Origin: Waterburya sp.
GTDB lineage: Bacteria > Cyanobacteriota > Cyanobacteriia > Cyanobacteriales > Xenococcaceae
Length of the DNA: 64,000 nucleotides
Direction of reading: 5' to 3'
Assembly: GCA_965217895.1 (NCBI GenBank)
Contig: CBDCJV010000002.1
Location: 3,296,001 to 3,360,000, forward strand
The notes beneath the pieces are model-generated. The model was given only the letters and a program-made list of their open reading frames with translations. It was not told where the DNA came from and did no database searches. Within the stretch, counting starts at the first letter, position 1, and every line of letters starts with the position of its first letter. Shown here one piece after another: positions 40,879-53,198 of the stretch. The position numbers and the translations under genes were made by a program.

Positions 40879-42042
40879 ATGGGTCGTATTGGAGTTTTAC
40901 TACTTAATTTAGGCGGACCCGACAAAATCGAAGATGTCCGTCCTTTTTTATACAATTTGTTTTCTGATCCAGAAATTATTCGCTTACCCGTCAAAGCATT
41001 GCAAAAACCTTTGGCTTGGTTAATTTCAACTTTAAGAGCCAAAACATCTCAAGCAAACTATCTAGAAATTGGCGGTGGTTCTCCTTTAAGACAAATAACT
41101 GAAGCACAGGCAGAGGCTTTAGAAGCAAAACTTAAGGAAATGGGTCAAGATGCCAAAATTTATATTGGTATGCGCTATTGGCATCCCTTTACAGAAGAAG
41201 CAATCTCTCAAATAAAAAGAGACGGCATCAAAGAGGTGGTAGTTTTGCCACTTTATCCACAATTTTCTATTAGCACCAGTGGTTCTAGCTTCCGCATTTT
41301 AGAAGAAATGTGGGATACCGATCAAGTTCTACAGGATGTTAAATATACATTAATTTCCTCTTGGTACGACAATCAAGGCTATCTGCAAGCAATGGCAGAT
41401 TTGATCGGACAAGAGCTAGATAAATTTCCCGACCCAGATCAAGCTCATGTGTTTTTTAGCGCGCACGGTGTTCCCGTCAGCTATGTAGAAGAAGCGGGAG
41501 ATCCCTACCAGCAAGAAATTCAAGAGTGTACTCGCTTGATTATGCAAACTCTGGGACGACCCAACCAATACACCCTAGCATATCAAAGCAAGGTAGGCCC
41601 AGTTGAATGGCTACAGCCATATACCGACGATGCTCTTAGAGAGTTGGGTGAACAAGGAATTGAAGACTTAGCCGTTGTACCCATTAGCTTTGTTTCCGAA
41701 CACATCGAAACGTTACAGGAAATAGATATTGAATATCGTGAAGTAGCAGAAGCAGCGGGAGTCAAAAACTTCCATCGTGTACCTGCCCTTAATGTTCATC
41801 CTGGCTTTATCGATTCACTAGCCCATTTGGTTAAAGATTCATTGGATGCCGCTCCTCATACCTTTGCCGATGTAACTCATCCTAAGAAAAACATGAAAAT
41901 GTATCCTCAGGAAAAATGGCAATGGGGTTTGACTACCGCTGCCGAAGTTTGGAATGGTCGTCTAGCGATGTTGGGCTTTATTGGTTTATTGGTAGAGTTA
42001 ATTAGTGGTAGTGGTCCTCTCCATATGGTAGGCATCTTATAG
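40879..42042 (+). CDS. hemH: Ferrochelatase with C-terminal CAB domain
   Basis: [45 protein letters not shown]. Confidence 0.97.
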   Translation: MGRIGVLLLNLGGPDKIEDVRPFLYNLFSDPEIIRLPVKALQKPLAWLISTLRAKTSQANYLEIGGGSPLRQITEAQAEALEAKLKEMGQDAKIYIGMRYWHPFTEEAISQIKRDGIKEVVVLPLYPQFSISTSGSSFRILEEMWDTDQVLQDVKYTLISSWYDNQGYLQAMADLIGQELDKFPDPDQAHVFFSAHGVPVSYVEEAGDPYQQEIQECTRLIMQTLGRPNQYTLAYQSKVGPVEWLQPYTDDALRELGEQGIEDLAVVPISFVSEHIETLQEIDIEYREVAEAAGVKNFHRVPALNVHPGFIDSLAHLVKDSLDAAPHTFADVTHPKKNMKMYPQEKWQWGLTTAAEVWNGRLAMLGFIGLLVELISGSGPLHMVGIL

Positions 42043-42066
42043 TAATTATGGCAACCATTTATTTGT

Positions 42067-42109
42067 TTTCAGTACAGCTTCTAAAAACAAGCATAAAACT
42101 GTACTGAAA
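42067..42109 (+). terminator. Hairpin after hemH
   Basis: TTTCAGTACAG...CTGTACTGAAA inverted repeat followed by T-rich sequence. Confidence 0.5.
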
Positions 42110-42290
42110 TTTTGCTGTTTGTAAAAAAGTAATACAAAACAATTCTGAAGGTTTTTTACTAATACTTGCTCCTCAAAATTACGAGTTGTTTTCACACAGG
42201 ACTTTTCGGCTTTTCGTGTAAACCTTGGGTTAGTTTCTCATAAAAAGCGATCGCTTTCCCCTCACTTCCCAGAATTATTAAAAATATTTC

Positions 42291-42320
42291 TTGCCAGGAA
42301 CTCACCCCATCATGTATCAT
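42291..42320 (+). promoter_or_regulatory. Candidate promoter of the ribosomal protein superoperon
   Basis: TTGCCA - 18 nt - TATCAT, about 530 nt before rplC. Confidence 0.35.
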
Positions 42321-42853
42321 TAGTCATTGTGGTTAAAACTGGCAAATCTCACATAATAGATAAAAGTCTAATCATCCCCCCAGTCGTAAGAGACAAGCGA
42401 TCTTCGCTTTTACTTATAAGACTAAATTAGTGAGTTTTCACCGTGTTTATTCACTGTAGAAAACAATCTCGTTACGGGGTTAGTGAGAAATTTTATAGGG
42501 TTTGCTACCTCCTCATAAAGATACTGAAGAAGCAATTTTTCTTTAAGTCTTAGAGGATCGAGGTAACTTTAAGGGTTAGAAACAGCATAAAGCTGAATCG
42601 AATCATAAGATCTTAGAAAAAAATTATATATTTGCTGCTGTACATCTTTGATTAATAGCGGTTTGACCAACAGCGGATTTGTGCAAAAGCATAGATTTAG
42701 TCTAGGTAAGTGCCTATCAAGATGGTTATTTTTTTGCCAGTCGATGTTACACCGTTTTTGAATAGCAGTGATTTGCGGTAATACATCATAACCAGAAGCC
42801 CTTAGCAATAGGGGTTAATCTATTATGTTGCAACTATAGAGGAGTTTAAACTC

Positions 42854-43498
42854 GTGTCTATCGGCATTCTTGGTACTAAAGTTGGCATGACCCAAGTTTT
42901 TGACAAAGAAACAGGAAATGCAGTTCCCGTAACCGTGGTTCAAGCAGGGCCTTGTATCGTAACTCAAATCAAAACTAAAGAGACGGACGGCTATAGTTCA
43001 GTTCAAATTGGCTATAAAGAGGTAAAAGAAAAAGCTTTATCAAAGCCTGAACTGGGTCATCTTAAAAAAGTTGGTGCTAGTCCTCTCCGCCATCTAAAAG
43101 AGTATCGTTTAGAAAAAACTGAAGATTATGAACTAGGCAAAGCTTTAGACATATCGGAAATTTTTAGCATTGACACTACCGTTGATGTTAGTGGTAAAAC
43201 TATGGGTCGTGGTTTTGCTGGTTATCATAAGCGGCACAACTTTAAACGTGGTTTGATGAGTCATGGTTCTAAAAGCCATCGCGCGCCAGGTTCAACTGGT
43301 GCAGGAACAACTCCTGGTCGTGTCTATCCTGGTAAAAAAATGGCAGGACGTTACGGTGGAAAACAGATAACCACCCGCAAATTAAAAGTTGTCAAAATTG
43401 ATGCTGAGCAAAACCTGCTGCTTATTAAAGGAGCAATTCCTGGTAAGCCTGGATCTTTGCTTAGTATCTCTCCCAGCAACATTGTGGGGCAGAAATAA
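42854..43498 (+). CDS. rplC: 50S ribosomal protein L3
   Basis: [26 protein letters not shown]. Confidence 0.98.
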   Translation: MSIGILGTKVGMTQVFDKETGNAVPVTVVQAGPCIVTQIKTKETDGYSSVQIGYKEVKEKALSKPELGHLKKVGASPLRHLKEYRLEKTEDYELGKALDISEIFSIDTTVDVSGKTMGRGFAGYHKRHNFKRGLMSHGSKSHRAPGSTGAGTTPGRVYPGKKMAGRYGGKQITTRKLKVVKIDAEQNLLLIKGAIPGKPGSLLSISPSNIVGQK

Positions 43499-43542
43499 CG
43501 GCTTGTTATTTTAAGAACATAAAGTATAGATAACAAATAACT

Positions 43543-44175
43543 ATGGTTAATTGTGTAGTCAAAAATTGGCAGGGGGAAGATGCTGGAGAGGCAACCCTAG
43601 AACTTAAAGTAGCCAAAGCAGAAAACGCCGAACATATCGTTCATCGTGCCTTAGTTCGTCAGCTAAACAATGCTCGTCAAGGTACGGCATCAAGCAAAAC
43701 TCGTGCCGAAGTTCGCGGTGGTGGACGCAAACCTTGGAGACAAAAAGGAACTGGACGCGCTCGTGCAGGTTCGATTCGTTCTCCATTATGGCGTGGTGGT
43801 GGTGTAATTTTTGGACCAAAACCCAGAGATTTCAGCACCAAGATGAATCGCAAAGAGAGACGTTTAGCCTTGAGAACAGCTTTTAGTTCCCGCGTTGAAG
43901 ATCTGGTTGTTGTCGAGAATTTTGGTTCTGAACTTGACCGCCCTAAAACAAAAGAGGTTTTAGCAGCTCTAGACCGTTGGGGTGTAGATTCTGACTCTAA
44001 GGTTTTATTGATTCTCAAAGAGGTTTCTGATAACGTCAATTTGTCAACTCGCAACATTGCTAAAGTCAAACTGATTAAGGCAACTAACCTCAACGTTCTT
44101 GATGTGCTTCATGCCAACAAAATTGTCATCTCAAAAGATGCTTTAGAACAGATACAGGAGGTTTACGGTGACTAG
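43543..44175 (+). CDS. rplD: 50S ribosomal protein L4
   Basis: [16 protein letters not shown]. Confidence 0.98.
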   Translation: MVNCVVKNWQGEDAGEATLELKVAKAENAEHIVHRALVRQLNNARQGTASSKTRAEVRGGGRKPWRQKGTGRARAGSIRSPLWRGGGVIFGPKPRDFSTKMNRKERRLALRTAFSSRVEDLVVVENFGSELDRPKTKEVLAALDRWGVDSDSKVLLILKEVSDNVNLSTRNIAKVKLIKATNLNVLDVLHANKIVISKDALEQIQEVYGD

Positions 44176-44470
44176 ATATCAAGAGAGAGATTTAGCCGAC
44201 TTGATCCTCAAGCCGATCATTACTGAGAAAGGCACGATGCAGATGGAGCTTGGTAAATATGTTTTTGATGTATTGCCTAAAGCAACCAAGCCCGACATTA
44301 AAGCAGCTATTGAAAGCCTGTTTGATGTCACTGTTGTCAAGGTAAATACCTTGACTTTGCCTCGTAAAAAGCGTCGAGTAGGTAAATTTTTAGGTTACAA
44401 AGCTCAGTACAAAAGAGCAATTGTCACGCTAAAAGATGGGGATTCAATTGCCCTATTCCCTGACGTATAA
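44168..44470 (+). CDS. rplW: 50S ribosomal protein L23
   Basis: [18 protein letters not shown]. Confidence 0.97.
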   Translation: MTRYQERDLADLILKPIITEKGTMQMELGKYVFDVLPKATKPDIKAAIESLFDVTVVKVNTLTLPRKKRRVGKFLGYKAQYKRAIVTLKDGDSIALFPDV

Positions 44471-44519
44471 GACGTAGATCAAAATATAGAACTCGAAAAA
44501 GCTAATCTAAAAGCAAATT

Positions 44520-45347
44520 ATGGGTACTCGTTCATTTAGACCATACACACCAGGAACTCGCCAAGCGATAGTTCCCGATTTTTCGGAAATTACCAAAACT
44601 AAGCCAGAAAAATCTTTAACCAAATATAAACATCGTCAAAAAGGACGTAATAACCGCGGTGTAATTACTAGCCGTCGTCGTGGCGGAGGACACAAGCGTC
44701 TTTACCGCATTATCGATTTTCGCCGTGACAAGCGTAATATCCCAGCCGAAGTAATTGCGATCGAATACGATCCCAACCGCAATGCTCGTATTGCTTTAGT
44801 TCAGTATGAAGACGGCGAAAAAAGATACATACTAGCTGCTGTAGGCATGAAAGTTGGCACACCAATTATTGCCAGTGAAGATGCACCAATTGAGGTGGGC
44901 AATGCTTTACCTCTAAGCAAAATGCCTTTGGGTGAAACTGTTCACAACATTGAGCTAATTGCGGGTAAAGGCGGACAAATTGTTCGGGCTGCTGGTGCTG
45001 CTGCCAAGGTCATGGCAAAAGAAGGAGATTATGTAACTATTGGTCTTCCTTCTAAAGAAGTAAGAATGGTTCGCAAAGAATGCTATGCCACTATCGGACA
45101 GGTCGGTAACGTTGAGTACCGTAATCTCAAGCTGGGTAAAGCAGGTAGAATGCGCCATTTGGGTAGAAGACCTGAAGTTCGTGGTAGTGCAATGAACCCC
45201 TGCGATCACCCTCATGGTGGTGGTGAAGGACGCGCTCCTATTGGTAGAAGCGGTCCCGTTTCCCCTTGGGGTAAACCAGCTTTGGGTAAGAAAACTCGCA
45301 AGAAGAACAAACCTAGCAACAGGCTGATTGTTCGTCGTCGTCGTTAA
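44520..45347 (+). CDS. rplB: 50S ribosomal protein L2
   Basis: [28 protein letters not shown]. Confidence 0.98.
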   Translation: MGTRSFRPYTPGTRQAIVPDFSEITKTKPEKSLTKYKHRQKGRNNRGVITSRRRGGGHKRLYRIIDFRRDKRNIPAEVIAIEYDPNRNARIALVQYEDGEKRYILAAVGMKVGTPIIASEDAPIEVGNALPLSKMPLGETVHNIELIAGKGGQIVRAAGAAAKVMAKEGDYVTIGLPSKEVRMVRKECYATIGQVGNVEYRNLKLGKAGRMRHLGRRPEVRGSAMNPCDHPHGGGEGRAPIGRSGPVSPWGKPALGKKTRKKNKPSNRLIVRRRR

Positions 45348-45368
45348 TTTATTATTAATTGAAAAAAT

Positions 45369-45647
45369 ATGAGTCGTTCTTTAAAAAAGGGACCATTTAT
45401 CGCCGACAGTCTCCTCAAAAAAATTGAGAGGTTGAACGCTGGTAACAAAAAAGAAGTAATCAAAACCTGGTCGAGAGCTTCAACTATTTTGCCTCTAATG
45501 GTGGGACATACAGTTGCCGTACACAATGGTCGCCAGCACATTCCTGTGTTTATTAGTGATCAGATGGTCGGACATAAACTGGGAGAATTTGCTCCCACCC
45601 GTACTTTTAGGGGTCATTCTAAAAGCGACAAAAAAGGGAGACGCTAG
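45369..45647 (+). CDS. rpsS: 30S ribosomal protein S19
   Basis: [19 protein letters not shown]. Confidence 0.98.
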   Translation: MSRSLKKGPFIADSLLKKIERLNAGNKKEVIKTWSRASTILPLMVGHTVAVHNGRQHIPVFISDQMVGHKLGEFAPTRTFRGHSKSDKKGRR

Positions 45648-45662
45648 ATATTGAGTACCGCT

Positions 45663-46022
45663 ATGGCAATAGATACTAATAACGAAGTAAAGGCGATCGC
45701 CAAATACATTCGGATGTCTCCTTTTAAGGTCAGACGGGTGTTAGATCAAATTCGTGGTCGCCAATATCGAGAAGCATTAATCATTCTCGAATTCATGCCT
45801 TATAAAGCCTGCGATCCAATTTTAAAAGCATTGCGATCGGCTGTGGCTAACGCAGAACATAACAATGGCTTAGATCCCGCAACTTTGGTAATCAGCAAAG
45901 CTTTTGCTGATGGGGGTCCTGTTCTCAAACGTTATCGTCCTAGAGCGCAAGGTAGGGCTTATCAAATTCGTAAGCCAACCTGTCACATCACTGTGGCTGT
46001 TGCTCCTGAAGTAACCAATTAG
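45663..46022 (+). CDS. rplV: 50S ribosomal protein L22
   Basis: [18 protein letters not shown]; likely start ATG 45663. Confidence 0.97.
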   Translation: MAIDTNNEVKAIAKYIRMSPFKVRRVLDQIRGRQYREALIILEFMPYKACDPILKALRSAVANAEHNNGLDPATLVISKAFADGGPVLKRYRPRAQGRAYQIRKPTCHITVAVAPEVTN

Positions 46023-46071
46023 AATCCTTAAATTTCAGAATTTAATTAATTACTATTACGAGGAAACATTT

Positions 46072-46791
46072 GTGGGACAGAAAATACACCCAACGGGCTT
46101 TCGTCTGGGTATTACCAAAGAACACCAATCTTGCTGGTACGCCGATACTAAACGCTATCCAGAATTATTGCTAGAAGATCGTTTAATCAGGGAATACGTT
46201 AACAAAGAACTGAGCAATGCGGGCATTTCTCAAATCAAAATTGAGCGGAAAGCCGATCAAATTGATTTAGCAATTCACACCGCTAGACCTGGTGTAGTTG
46301 TTGGTCGTGGCGGTTCAGGGATTGAGAAATTGAGAACCGAGCTACAGACAAAAGTGGGCAACGCCCGCCAAATTCGGATCAACGTCATAGAAGTACCCCG
46401 CGTGGATGCTGATGCTACCCTAATTGCTGAGTATATTTGTCAGCAGTTAGAGCGAAGAGTTTCTTTTCGTCGAGTAGTTCGTCAAGCAGTTCAAAGAGCG
46501 CAGCGGGCTGAAGTCCTGGGTATTAAGATTCAGGTCAGTGGTCGTTTAAACGGTGCAGAAATTGCCCGTACAGAATGGGTTAGGGAAGGTCGAGTCCCCT
46601 TACACACCCTCAGAGCAGATATTGATTACTCTTATCGCACTGCCTTGACTATTTATGGAATTCTTGGAGTTAAGGTTTGGGTATTTAAAGGCGAAATCAT
46701 TCCAGGACAGGAAGAAGCCGCCGCCGCTGTTCCTAGTCAAGCTCCTCGCCGTCAGCGTCGTCGCCAGAAATTTGACGATCGCTCAGAGTAA
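46072..46791 (+). CDS. rpsC: 30S ribosomal protein S3
   Basis: [26 protein letters not shown]. Confidence 0.98.
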   Translation: MGQKIHPTGFRLGITKEHQSCWYADTKRYPELLLEDRLIREYVNKELSNAGISQIKIERKADQIDLAIHTARPGVVVGRGGSGIEKLRTELQTKVGNARQIRINVIEVPRVDADATLIAEYICQQLERRVSFRRVVRQAVQRAQRAEVLGIKIQVSGRLNGAEIARTEWVREGRVPLHTLRADIDYSYRTALTIYGILGVKVWVFKGEIIPGQEEAAAAVPSQAPRRQRRRQKFDDRSE

Positions 46792-46826
46792 CATTAACAA
46801 GACTTATTTAGCAAAATAATACTATT

Positions 46827-47246
46827 ATGCTTAGTCCCAGAAGAACGAAATATCGCAAACAGCATCGCGGTCGCATGAGAGGCATGGCTTATCGCGGTAG
46901 CACCTTAAACTTTGGTGATTTTGCCCTCCAGGCAACAGAGCCTTCTTGGATTACCTCGCGCCAAATTGAGGCTGCTCGTCGAGCTATGACACGCTATGTC
47001 AAACGGGGTGGTAAAATCTGGATTCGCATTTTCCCAGATAAGCCCGTGACAATGCGTCCAGCCGAAACCCGTATGGGTTCTGGTAAAGGTTCTCCCGAAT
47101 TTTGGGTAGCAGTGGTCAAACCAGGCAGAATCATGTTTGAAATGGCTGGTGTAACTGAAGATGTAGCAAAGGAGGCAATGCGTCTAGCGGCTCAAAAGCT
47201 ACCGATCAAGACTAAATTTATTACTCGCGAAGAGGATTATAAGTAA
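46827..47246 (+). CDS. rplP: 50S ribosomal protein L16
   Basis: [16 protein letters not shown]. Confidence 0.98.
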   Translation: MLSPRRTKYRKQHRGRMRGMAYRGSTLNFGDFALQATEPSWITSRQIEAARRAMTRYVKRGGKIWIRIFPDKPVTMRPAETRMGSGKGSPEFWVAVVKPGRIMFEMAGVTEDVAKEAMRLAAQKLPIKTKFITREEDYK

Positions 47247-47247
47247 T

Positions 47248-47463
47248 ATGGCTTTACCCAAAATTGCCGAAGCCAGAAAACTCAGTGACGAAGAACTGGC
47301 AGAAGAAATTTTAGCAGTTAAGCGACAGTTGTTTCAGTTGAGGCTAGAGCAGGCAACCCGCCGTTTAGAAAAACCACATCTGTTTAAACACGCTAAACAT
47401 CGCATGGCTCAATTACTCACCATAGAACGCGAGCGTGAAATCGCTGCTGCACAAGGAGAATAG
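47248..47463 (+). CDS. rpmC: 50S ribosomal protein L29
   Basis: LFQLR...LEKPH...AQLLT; operon position. Confidence 0.96.
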   Translation: MALPKIAEARKLSDEELAEEILAVKRQLFQLRLEQATRRLEKPHLFKHAKHRMAQLLTIEREREIAAAQGE

Positions 47464-47466
47464 ATT

Positions 47467-47715
47467 ATGGCAGTAAAAGAAAGAGTGGGAGAAGTCGTGA
47501 GCGACAAAATGGATAAAACCGTGGTTGTTGCTATCGAAAACCGCTCTCCTCACCCCAAATACGGCAAAATTGTCGTCAGAACCAAAAAATATAAAGCTCA
47601 TGACGCAGAGAACCAATGTAAGATTGGCGATCGCGTGCGGATCAAGGAAACTCGTCCCCTCAGCAAAACCAAACGCTGGACGGTCGAGGAAATTATTGAA
47701 TCCCAAAAATCCTAA
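47467..47715 (+). CDS. rpsQ: 30S ribosomal protein S17
   Basis: [24 protein letters not shown]. Confidence 0.98.
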   Translation: MAVKERVGEVVSDKMDKTVVVAIENRSPHPKYGKIVVRTKKYKAHDAENQCKIGDRVRIKETRPLSKTKRWTVEEIIESQKS

Positions 47716-47751
47716 ATTATATTAACCCAATTTTTCTGGTCGAGATCGAAA

Positions 47752-48120
47752 ATGATTCAACAACAGACCTACTTAAATGTCGCTGACAACAGTGGCGCAC
47801 GCAAGCTGATGTGTTTGCGCGTAATTGGTAAAGGCAACAGTCCCTATGCCTTTATTGGTGATGTCGTAGTGGCAGTGGTCAAAGACGCTTTACCCAATAT
47901 GGGGGTCAAAAAATCTGAAGTTGTAAAAGCAGTGATTGTGAGAACTAAACAGTCTGTCAGTCGCCCTAGTGGCATGAGCATCCGCTTTGACGATAATGCT
48001 GCGGTAATTATCAACGAACAGAATAACCCAAGAGGTACTCGTGTTTTTGGTCCTGTAGCCAGAGAATTGAGAGATAGAAACTTTACCAAGATCGTCTCTT
48101 TAGCTCCCGAGGTAATTTAA
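47752..48120 (+). CDS. rplN: 50S ribosomal protein L14
   Basis: [26 protein letters not shown]. Confidence 0.98.
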   Translation: MIQQQTYLNVADNSGARKLMCLRVIGKGNSPYAFIGDVVVAVVKDALPNMGVKKSEVVKAVIVRTKQSVSRPSGMSIRFDDNAAVIINEQNNPRGTRVFGPVARELRDRNFTKIVSLAPEVI

Positions 48121-48468
48121 ATGACAAAAACCAAAAAAGCACCCACCCGCTATAAAATGCACGTCAAAAAAGGGGATACCATCCAGGTAATCTCTGGACG
48201 TGATAAAGGCAAGGTCGGTGAGATATCTAGAGTAATCCCTAAAACAAGTCAAGTAGTTGTAGAAGGCGTGAATGTACGTACCAAACACGTCAAACCTCAA
48301 CAAGAAGGAGAATCAGGTCAAATTGTGACTTTTGAAGCTCCAATACACAGTTCTAACGTCATGCTCTATTCCAATAAAGAGAAAACCGTTAGTCGTGTTG
48401 GCTATACCTTCACCGAAGAAGGTCGCAAAGTACGAATGCTCAAAAAGACAGGCGAGATTATCGACTAG
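48121..48468 (+). CDS. rplX: 50S ribosomal protein L24
   Basis: [25 protein letters not shown]. Confidence 0.98.
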   Translation: MTKTKKAPTRYKMHVKKGDTIQVISGRDKGKVGEISRVIPKTSQVVVEGVNVRTKHVKPQQEGESGQIVTFEAPIHSSNVMLYSNKEKTVSRVGYTFTEEGRKVRMLKKTGEIID

Positions 48469-48633
48469 GTCTTTCATTGAACATAGGTCATTGAACATTA
48501 GACATTAAACGTTTTCAATCTTCTAGTTCAAGTTCACTAGATTTGATAAATGCTAAATGTTAAATAGTAAATGATCGGCGCGCCGATAAGTTTAAATTTA
48601 TAGATCCTGACCAAGCCCAGGAAAAAAAACATC

Positions 48634-49179
48634 ATGGCAAAATCGTTAAAATCTCAGTATTTGGAAGATATTGTTCCCAAGCTAAGCGAACAGTTTAGTT
48701 ACGGCAACGTTCATCAAGTTCCCAAAGTAGTCAAAATCGTCATTAACCGTGGTTTAGGAGAAGCATCGCAAAATGCTAAAGCCCTAGAATCATCCCTAAA
48801 CGAACTATCTGTGATTACAGGGCAAAAGCCTGTGGTTACTAGAGCCAAAAAAGCGATCGCTGGTTTTAAAATTCGTCAAGGAATGCCCGTGGGGATGATG
48901 GTTACTCTGCGTGGTGAAAGGATGTATGCCTTTCTAGAGCGGCTGATTTGTCTGGCTCTACCTCGTATTCGCGACTTTCGCGGTATTAGCCCCAAAAGCT
49001 TCGACGGTCGAGGTAACTACTGTTTAGGAGTTAGAGAACAGCTAATGTTTCCCGAAATTGAATACGATAGCATCGATCAAATTAGAGGGATGGATATTTC
49101 AATCGTCACGACCGCCAACAATGATGAAGAAGGACGAGCTTTACTCAAAGAAATGGGAATGCCTTTCCGTGACAACTAA
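48634..49179 (+). CDS. rplE: 50S ribosomal protein L5
   Basis: [22 protein letters not shown]. Confidence 0.98.
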   Translation: MAKSLKSQYLEDIVPKLSEQFSYGNVHQVPKVVKIVINRGLGEASQNAKALESSLNELSVITGQKPVVTRAKKAIAGFKIRQGMPVGMMVTLRGERMYAFLERLICLALPRIRDFRGISPKSFDGRGNYCLGVREQLMFPEIEYDSIDQIRGMDISIVTTANNDEEGRALLKEMGMPFRDN

Positions 49180-49213
49180 ATTCTTAGTATCTAAATATAA
49201 AAAATAGGAAATA

Positions 49214-49615
49214 ATGGCAGCAACCGATACTATTTCAGATATGCTGACCCGCATTCGTAATGCCTGTATGGTCAAGCATCAAACTACTCAAGTTCCTTCC
49301 ACTCGTATGACTAAGGCGATCGCTCTAGTTTTACAAAGTGAAGGATTTATCGACAGCTTTGAAGAAACAGGGGAGTTACCTCAGAAATTCATCGAAATTT
49401 CTCTCAAGTACAAAGGTAGAAATCGTCAACCAATTATTAGCACCCTCAAGCGGGTAAGCAAACCAGGACTGAGAGTCTACTCTCGTAAAAAAGATATTCC
49501 TCGTGTCCTTGGCGGTATTGGTATTGCGATCGTTTCCACTTCCCGTGGAGTAATGACCGATAGAGAAGCTCGCAGCCAAGGAGTTGGTGGCGAAATCCTC
49601 TGTTATGTTTGGTAA
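49214..49615 (+). CDS. rpsH: 30S ribosomal protein S8
   Basis: [23 protein letters not shown]. Confidence 0.98.
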   Translation: MAATDTISDMLTRIRNACMVKHQTTQVPSTRMTKAIALVLQSEGFIDSFEETGELPQKFIEISLKYKGRNRQPIISTLKRVSKPGLRVYSRKKDIPRVLGGIGIAIVSTSRGVMTDREARSQGVGGEILCYVW

Positions 49616-49635
49616 CAAAAGAAGAGGACTAAATT

Positions 49636-50175
49636 ATGTCTCGTATTGGCAAACAGCCTATTCCCATTCCTGAAAAAGTAAGCGCGCAGATTTCAGGACA
49701 GCACGTCACAATTAAAGGACCAAAAGGTACTTTAGAGCGCGATATCCCTAAACCTATTGAGGTAAAACAAGAGGGTGACACTATTGTTGTAAAACCGACT
49801 GATGATTCCCGTATTGGTCGTCAACGTTATGGTCTTTGTCGTACCTTAGTTGCCAACATGGTAGATGGAGTATCTCAAGGATTTCAAAAGCGTCTGGCAA
49901 TTCAAGGGGTAGGTTATAGAGCGCAGGCTCAAGGCAAAAAGCTAACTCTCAACGTTGGCTATAGTAATCCTGTTGAGATAGAAATGCCAGACGGTATAGA
50001 TGTGGCAGTAGAAAATAGAAATACTGAAGTTATTGTCAGCGGCATCGATAAAGAAATAGTAGGCAATATTGCTGCTCAAATTCGAGGAGTTAGACCTCCA
50101 GAGCCTTATAAAGGAAAAGGAATCCGCTACTTTGATGAGCAGGTCAAACGCAAAGCTGGTAAGACAGGTAAGTAG
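49636..50175 (+). CDS. rplF: 50S ribosomal protein L6
   Basis: [23 protein letters not shown]. Confidence 0.98.
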   Translation: MSRIGKQPIPIPEKVSAQISGQHVTIKGPKGTLERDIPKPIEVKQEGDTIVVKPTDDSRIGRQRYGLCRTLVANMVDGVSQGFQKRLAIQGVGYRAQAQGKKLTLNVGYSNPVEIEMPDGIDVAVENRNTEVIVSGIDKEIVGNIAAQIRGVRPPEPYKGKGIRYFDEQVKRKAGKTGK

Positions 50176-50180
50176 AAATT

Positions 50181-50528
50181 ATGAAGCTTTCACGTAGAGA
50201 ATTAGTCAAACGTCGTCACCGTCGAGTGCGCAAAGCAGTAAATGGTACGCCTGAACGTCCTCGTTTATGCGTTTTCCGTTCAAATAATCATATTTATGCT
50301 CAAGTTATTGATGATGTGGCACAGCACACTTTGGCAGCAGCATCGGACTTTAACGTCAAATCTGGTGGTGCTACTTGCGAAGTCTCGGCAGAAGTCGGCA
50401 AACTTGTAGCTCAAAAAGCTATAGAGAAAGGAATTGCTAAAGTAGTCTTTGATAGAGGAGGAAACCTTTATCATGGTCGAGTAAAAGCTTTAGCTGATGC
50501 TGCTCGCGAAGCAGGGTTAGATTTTTAA
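50181..50528 (+). CDS. rplR: 50S ribosomal protein L18
   Basis: [21 protein letters not shown]. Confidence 0.98.
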   Translation: MKLSRRELVKRRHRRVRKAVNGTPERPRLCVFRSNNHIYAQVIDDVAQHTLAAASDFNVKSGGATCEVSAEVGKLVAQKAIEKGIAKVVFDRGGNLYHGRVKALADAAREAGLDF

Positions 50529-50550
50529 ATCAAAACAGTAATATTAAACT

Positions 50551-51078
50551 ATGGCTAAATCCAACTCACGTAAAAAAAATCGCTCTAGAGAAAAAGATTC
50601 TAACTGGCAAGAACGAGTAGTTCAAATTCGTCGCGTCAGTAAAGTGGTCAAAGGCGGTAAAAAACTTAGTTTTCGCGCCATTGTCGTTGTGGGCAATGAA
50701 AAGGGACAAGTAGGTGTAGGCGTAGGTAAGGCTGCTGATGTCATCGGCGCAGTACGTAAAGGCGTTGCTGATGCCAAAAAGCAGTTAGTTGAAGTCTCTC
50801 TTACCAAAGCCAGTTCCATTGTTCATATAACTAACGGTGTTGCTGGTGGGGCAAAAGTATTTATGCGTCCTGCTGCTCCGGGTACTGGGGTAATCGCAGG
50901 TGGCGCAGTCCGTACTGTTTTAGAACTAGCTGGGATAAAAAATATTTTGGCAAAGCAACTAGGTTCTAACAGCCCTCTCAACAATGCTAGGGCAGCTATG
51001 AATGCTCTAGAAGGTTTGCGTACCTTTGCCGAAGTGGCAAGAGAAAGAGATATTCCCTTAGAACAGCTATACGCCTAA
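50551..51078 (+). CDS. rpsE: 30S ribosomal protein S5
   Basis: [18 protein letters not shown]. Confidence 0.98.
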   Translation: MAKSNSRKKNRSREKDSNWQERVVQIRRVSKVVKGGKKLSFRAIVVVGNEKGQVGVGVGKAADVIGAVRKGVADAKKQLVEVSLTKASSIVHITNGVAGGAKVFMRPAAPGTGVIAGGAVRTVLELAGIKNILAKQLGSNSPLNNARAAMNALEGLRTFAEVARERDIPLEQLYA

Positions 51079-51111
51079 TCATTGAACATTTATCATTGAA
51101 TATTTATCACC

Positions 51112-51561
51112 ATGAAGCTAGAACATCTTAGTCCTAAAGAGGGATCAAAAAGGCGCAAAAAAAGAGTGGGTCGCGGAATTGCAGCGGGACAGGGAGCTAG
51201 CTGTGGTTTTGGTATGCGTGGTCAAAAATCTCGTTCAGGTACAGGAACCAAGGCTGGCTTTGAAGGGGGACAAATGCCTCTTTATCGCCGAGTTCCCAAA
51301 TTAAAGCACTTTACTCTCATCAACCAAAAGCACTATACCACAGTTAATGTAGAAGCTTTAAGCTCTCTATCTGCTAACACAGAAGTGACCTTAGACTCTC
51401 TATTAAAGAACGGCATTGTTACTACTAACGATGGTCTTCTTAAAATTTTGGGGAATGGTGAACTAAAGGTAGCCCTAAACGTCAAAGCAGCAGCTTTTAC
51501 TAAGAGTGCAATTCAAAAAATAGAAGCTGCTGGTGGTAGCTGCGAAGTAATTACTAAGTAG
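51112..51561 (+). CDS. rplO: 50S ribosomal protein L15
   Basis: [14 protein letters not shown]. Confidence 0.98.
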   Translation: MKLEHLSPKEGSKRRKKRVGRGIAAGQGASCGFGMRGQKSRSGTGTKAGFEGGQMPLYRRVPKLKHFTLINQKHYTTVNVEALSSLSANTEVTLDSLLKNGIVTTNDGLLKILGNGELKVALNVKAAAFTKSAIQKIEAAGGSCEVITK

Positions 51562-51723
51562 GTGAAAAACTACTCCACTTTATTCTTAAGGGAAGCTATG
51601 GGTTATTGCAGCTAGACATCACGATTGGTTTATCATAATAACCTAAGGTAGAAAATTAAATTTATATAATGTTTCTCCGCAAATAACTTAATTTAGCACC
51701 AAGTATATAAGAGGTAAACCTGT

Positions 51724-53052
51724 ATGGTTAGAGAAAAAACTCCATCAGCCCAGGAAACATTTTTACAAATGGCAAAAGCTGCTGGTCTTCGAGGCAGGCT
51801 GCTTGTAACCATTGGTCTTCTGGTATTGGTGAGACTGGGGGTATTTATACCCGTTCCAGGAATTGACCGCGAGGTCTTCGGCAATTTTATTAATGGTTCA
51901 GGAAATTCTTCAATCGTCGGATTTTTGGACATTTTTACTGGCGGTGGTATTTCTGCCTTGGGAATATTTGCCCTGGGAATCTTACCCTTTATTAATGCTT
52001 CTATTATTATGCAGTTGCTGGCAACCGCTATTCCTAGCCTGGAAGATCTGCAAAAAAATGAGGGAGAAGCAGGAAGACGTAAAATTTCCCAGATTACTCG
52101 TTACGTTGCTTTGGGCGGAGCTATTATTCAGAGTTTTGGTATCACTCTAGGTCTACTCGTTAATAACGGCATTATTGAAAAAAGTATTTTTCCTATTGGC
52201 GAAACCGTACTGGCTTTAACCGCTGGTTCAATGTTCGTTATGTGGATATCTGAGCTGATCACCGAAAAGGGCATTGGCAACGGGGCTTCACTCTTAATTT
52301 TTGTTAATATTGTAGCGGTATTACCCAGAACCTTAGGAACTACAATTGAATTTGCTCAAAGCGGTGGCAGAAGCGAGATTGCTCAGGTAGTAGTTCTCTT
52401 GCTAGTCTTTTTGGCAATGATTATAGGCATTGTATTCATCCAAGAAGGAACTCGCCGTATTCCCATTATTTCTGCTCGCCGTCAGGTTGGCAGAAGAGTA
52501 TACCGTGAAAGAAGTAATTATCTGCCTTTGAGATTAAATCAGGGTGGAGTAATGCCAATTATTTTTGCATCTTCAGTGCTGTTTCTTCCCGCTCAGCTAA
52601 TTGGATTTATACCTGGTAATGGGACAGTTAAAAATGTGTTTAATCAGATTGCAGCAGCAGTGCAGCCTGGAAACTGGGCTTATGTAGCGGTTTATCTGGT
52701 TCTAATTTTGTTTTTTAGCTATTTTTATGCTTCTTTGATCGTTAATCCTGTAGATATGTCTCAAAATCTTAAAAAAATGGGCGCATCTATTCCAGGGATT
52801 AGACCAGGTAAAGCAACTAGTGCTTATTTAGAAAAGGTACTTAATCGTTTAACACTTTTGGGCGCAATTTTCTTGGGGTTAGTGGCAACTATACCTACTT
52901 TAGTAGAGAGTACTATTCCCGCAGGTACTACTGTATTTAGTGGATTTGGTGCGACATCTTTACTTATTTTGGTAGGCGTAGCAATTGACACGGCTAAACA
53001 AATACAAACCTATGTAATTTCTCAACGTTACGAAGGTATGGTTAAGCAGTAA
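51724..53052 (+). CDS. secY: Preprotein translocase subunit SecY
   Basis: FALGILPFINASII, GIGNGASL, GVMPIIFA, IPGIRPG. Confidence 0.98.
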   Translation: MVREKTPSAQETFLQMAKAAGLRGRLLVTIGLLVLVRLGVFIPVPGIDREVFGNFINGSGNSSIVGFLDIFTGGGISALGIFALGILPFINASIIMQLLATAIPSLEDLQKNEGEAGRRKISQITRYVALGGAIIQSFGITLGLLVNNGIIEKSIFPIGETVLALTAGSMFVMWISELITEKGIGNGASLLIFVNIVAVLPRTLGTTIEFAQSGGRSEIAQVVVLLLVFLAMIIGIVFIQEGTRRIPIISARRQVGRRVYRERSNYLPLRLNQGGVMPIIFASSVLFLPAQLIGFIPGNGTVKNVFNQIAAAVQPGNWAYVAVYLVLILFFSYFYASLIVNPVDMSQNLKKMGASIPGIRPGKATSAYLEKVLNRLTLLGAIFLGLVATIPTLVESTIPAGTTVFSGFGATSLLILVGVAIDTAKQIQTYVISQRYEGMVKQ

Positions 53053-53143
53053 AGCTGTTTAATACCGATAAACATATTAAACCACTAGCTTTCGGTTTTT
53101 GGCTTGAGGCTTTGAGACTGTCAAATTTAGGTAGTTTCTTAAT

Positions 53144-53191
53144 TAGCTGATAGCTAATAGCTAATAGCTAATAGCTAACCGCAAAGCGGTT
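53144..53191. repeat. (TAGCTAA)n heptamer array ending in a small AACCGC-AAA-GCGGTT hairpin
   Basis: tagctga tagctaa tagctaa tagctaa tagctaa ccgcaaagcggtt; degenerate relative near 16701-16726. Confidence 0.75.
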
Positions 53192-53198
53192 TTACGAT

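Noticed and set aside
42121..42135. NtcA-like site downstream of hemH
   Set aside because: Spacer is 9 nt, not 8.
42854..51561. Absence of rpsJ, rpsN and rpmD from the S10/spc cluster (and rpsD from the alpha part)
   Set aside because: Normal arrangement in cyanobacteria.
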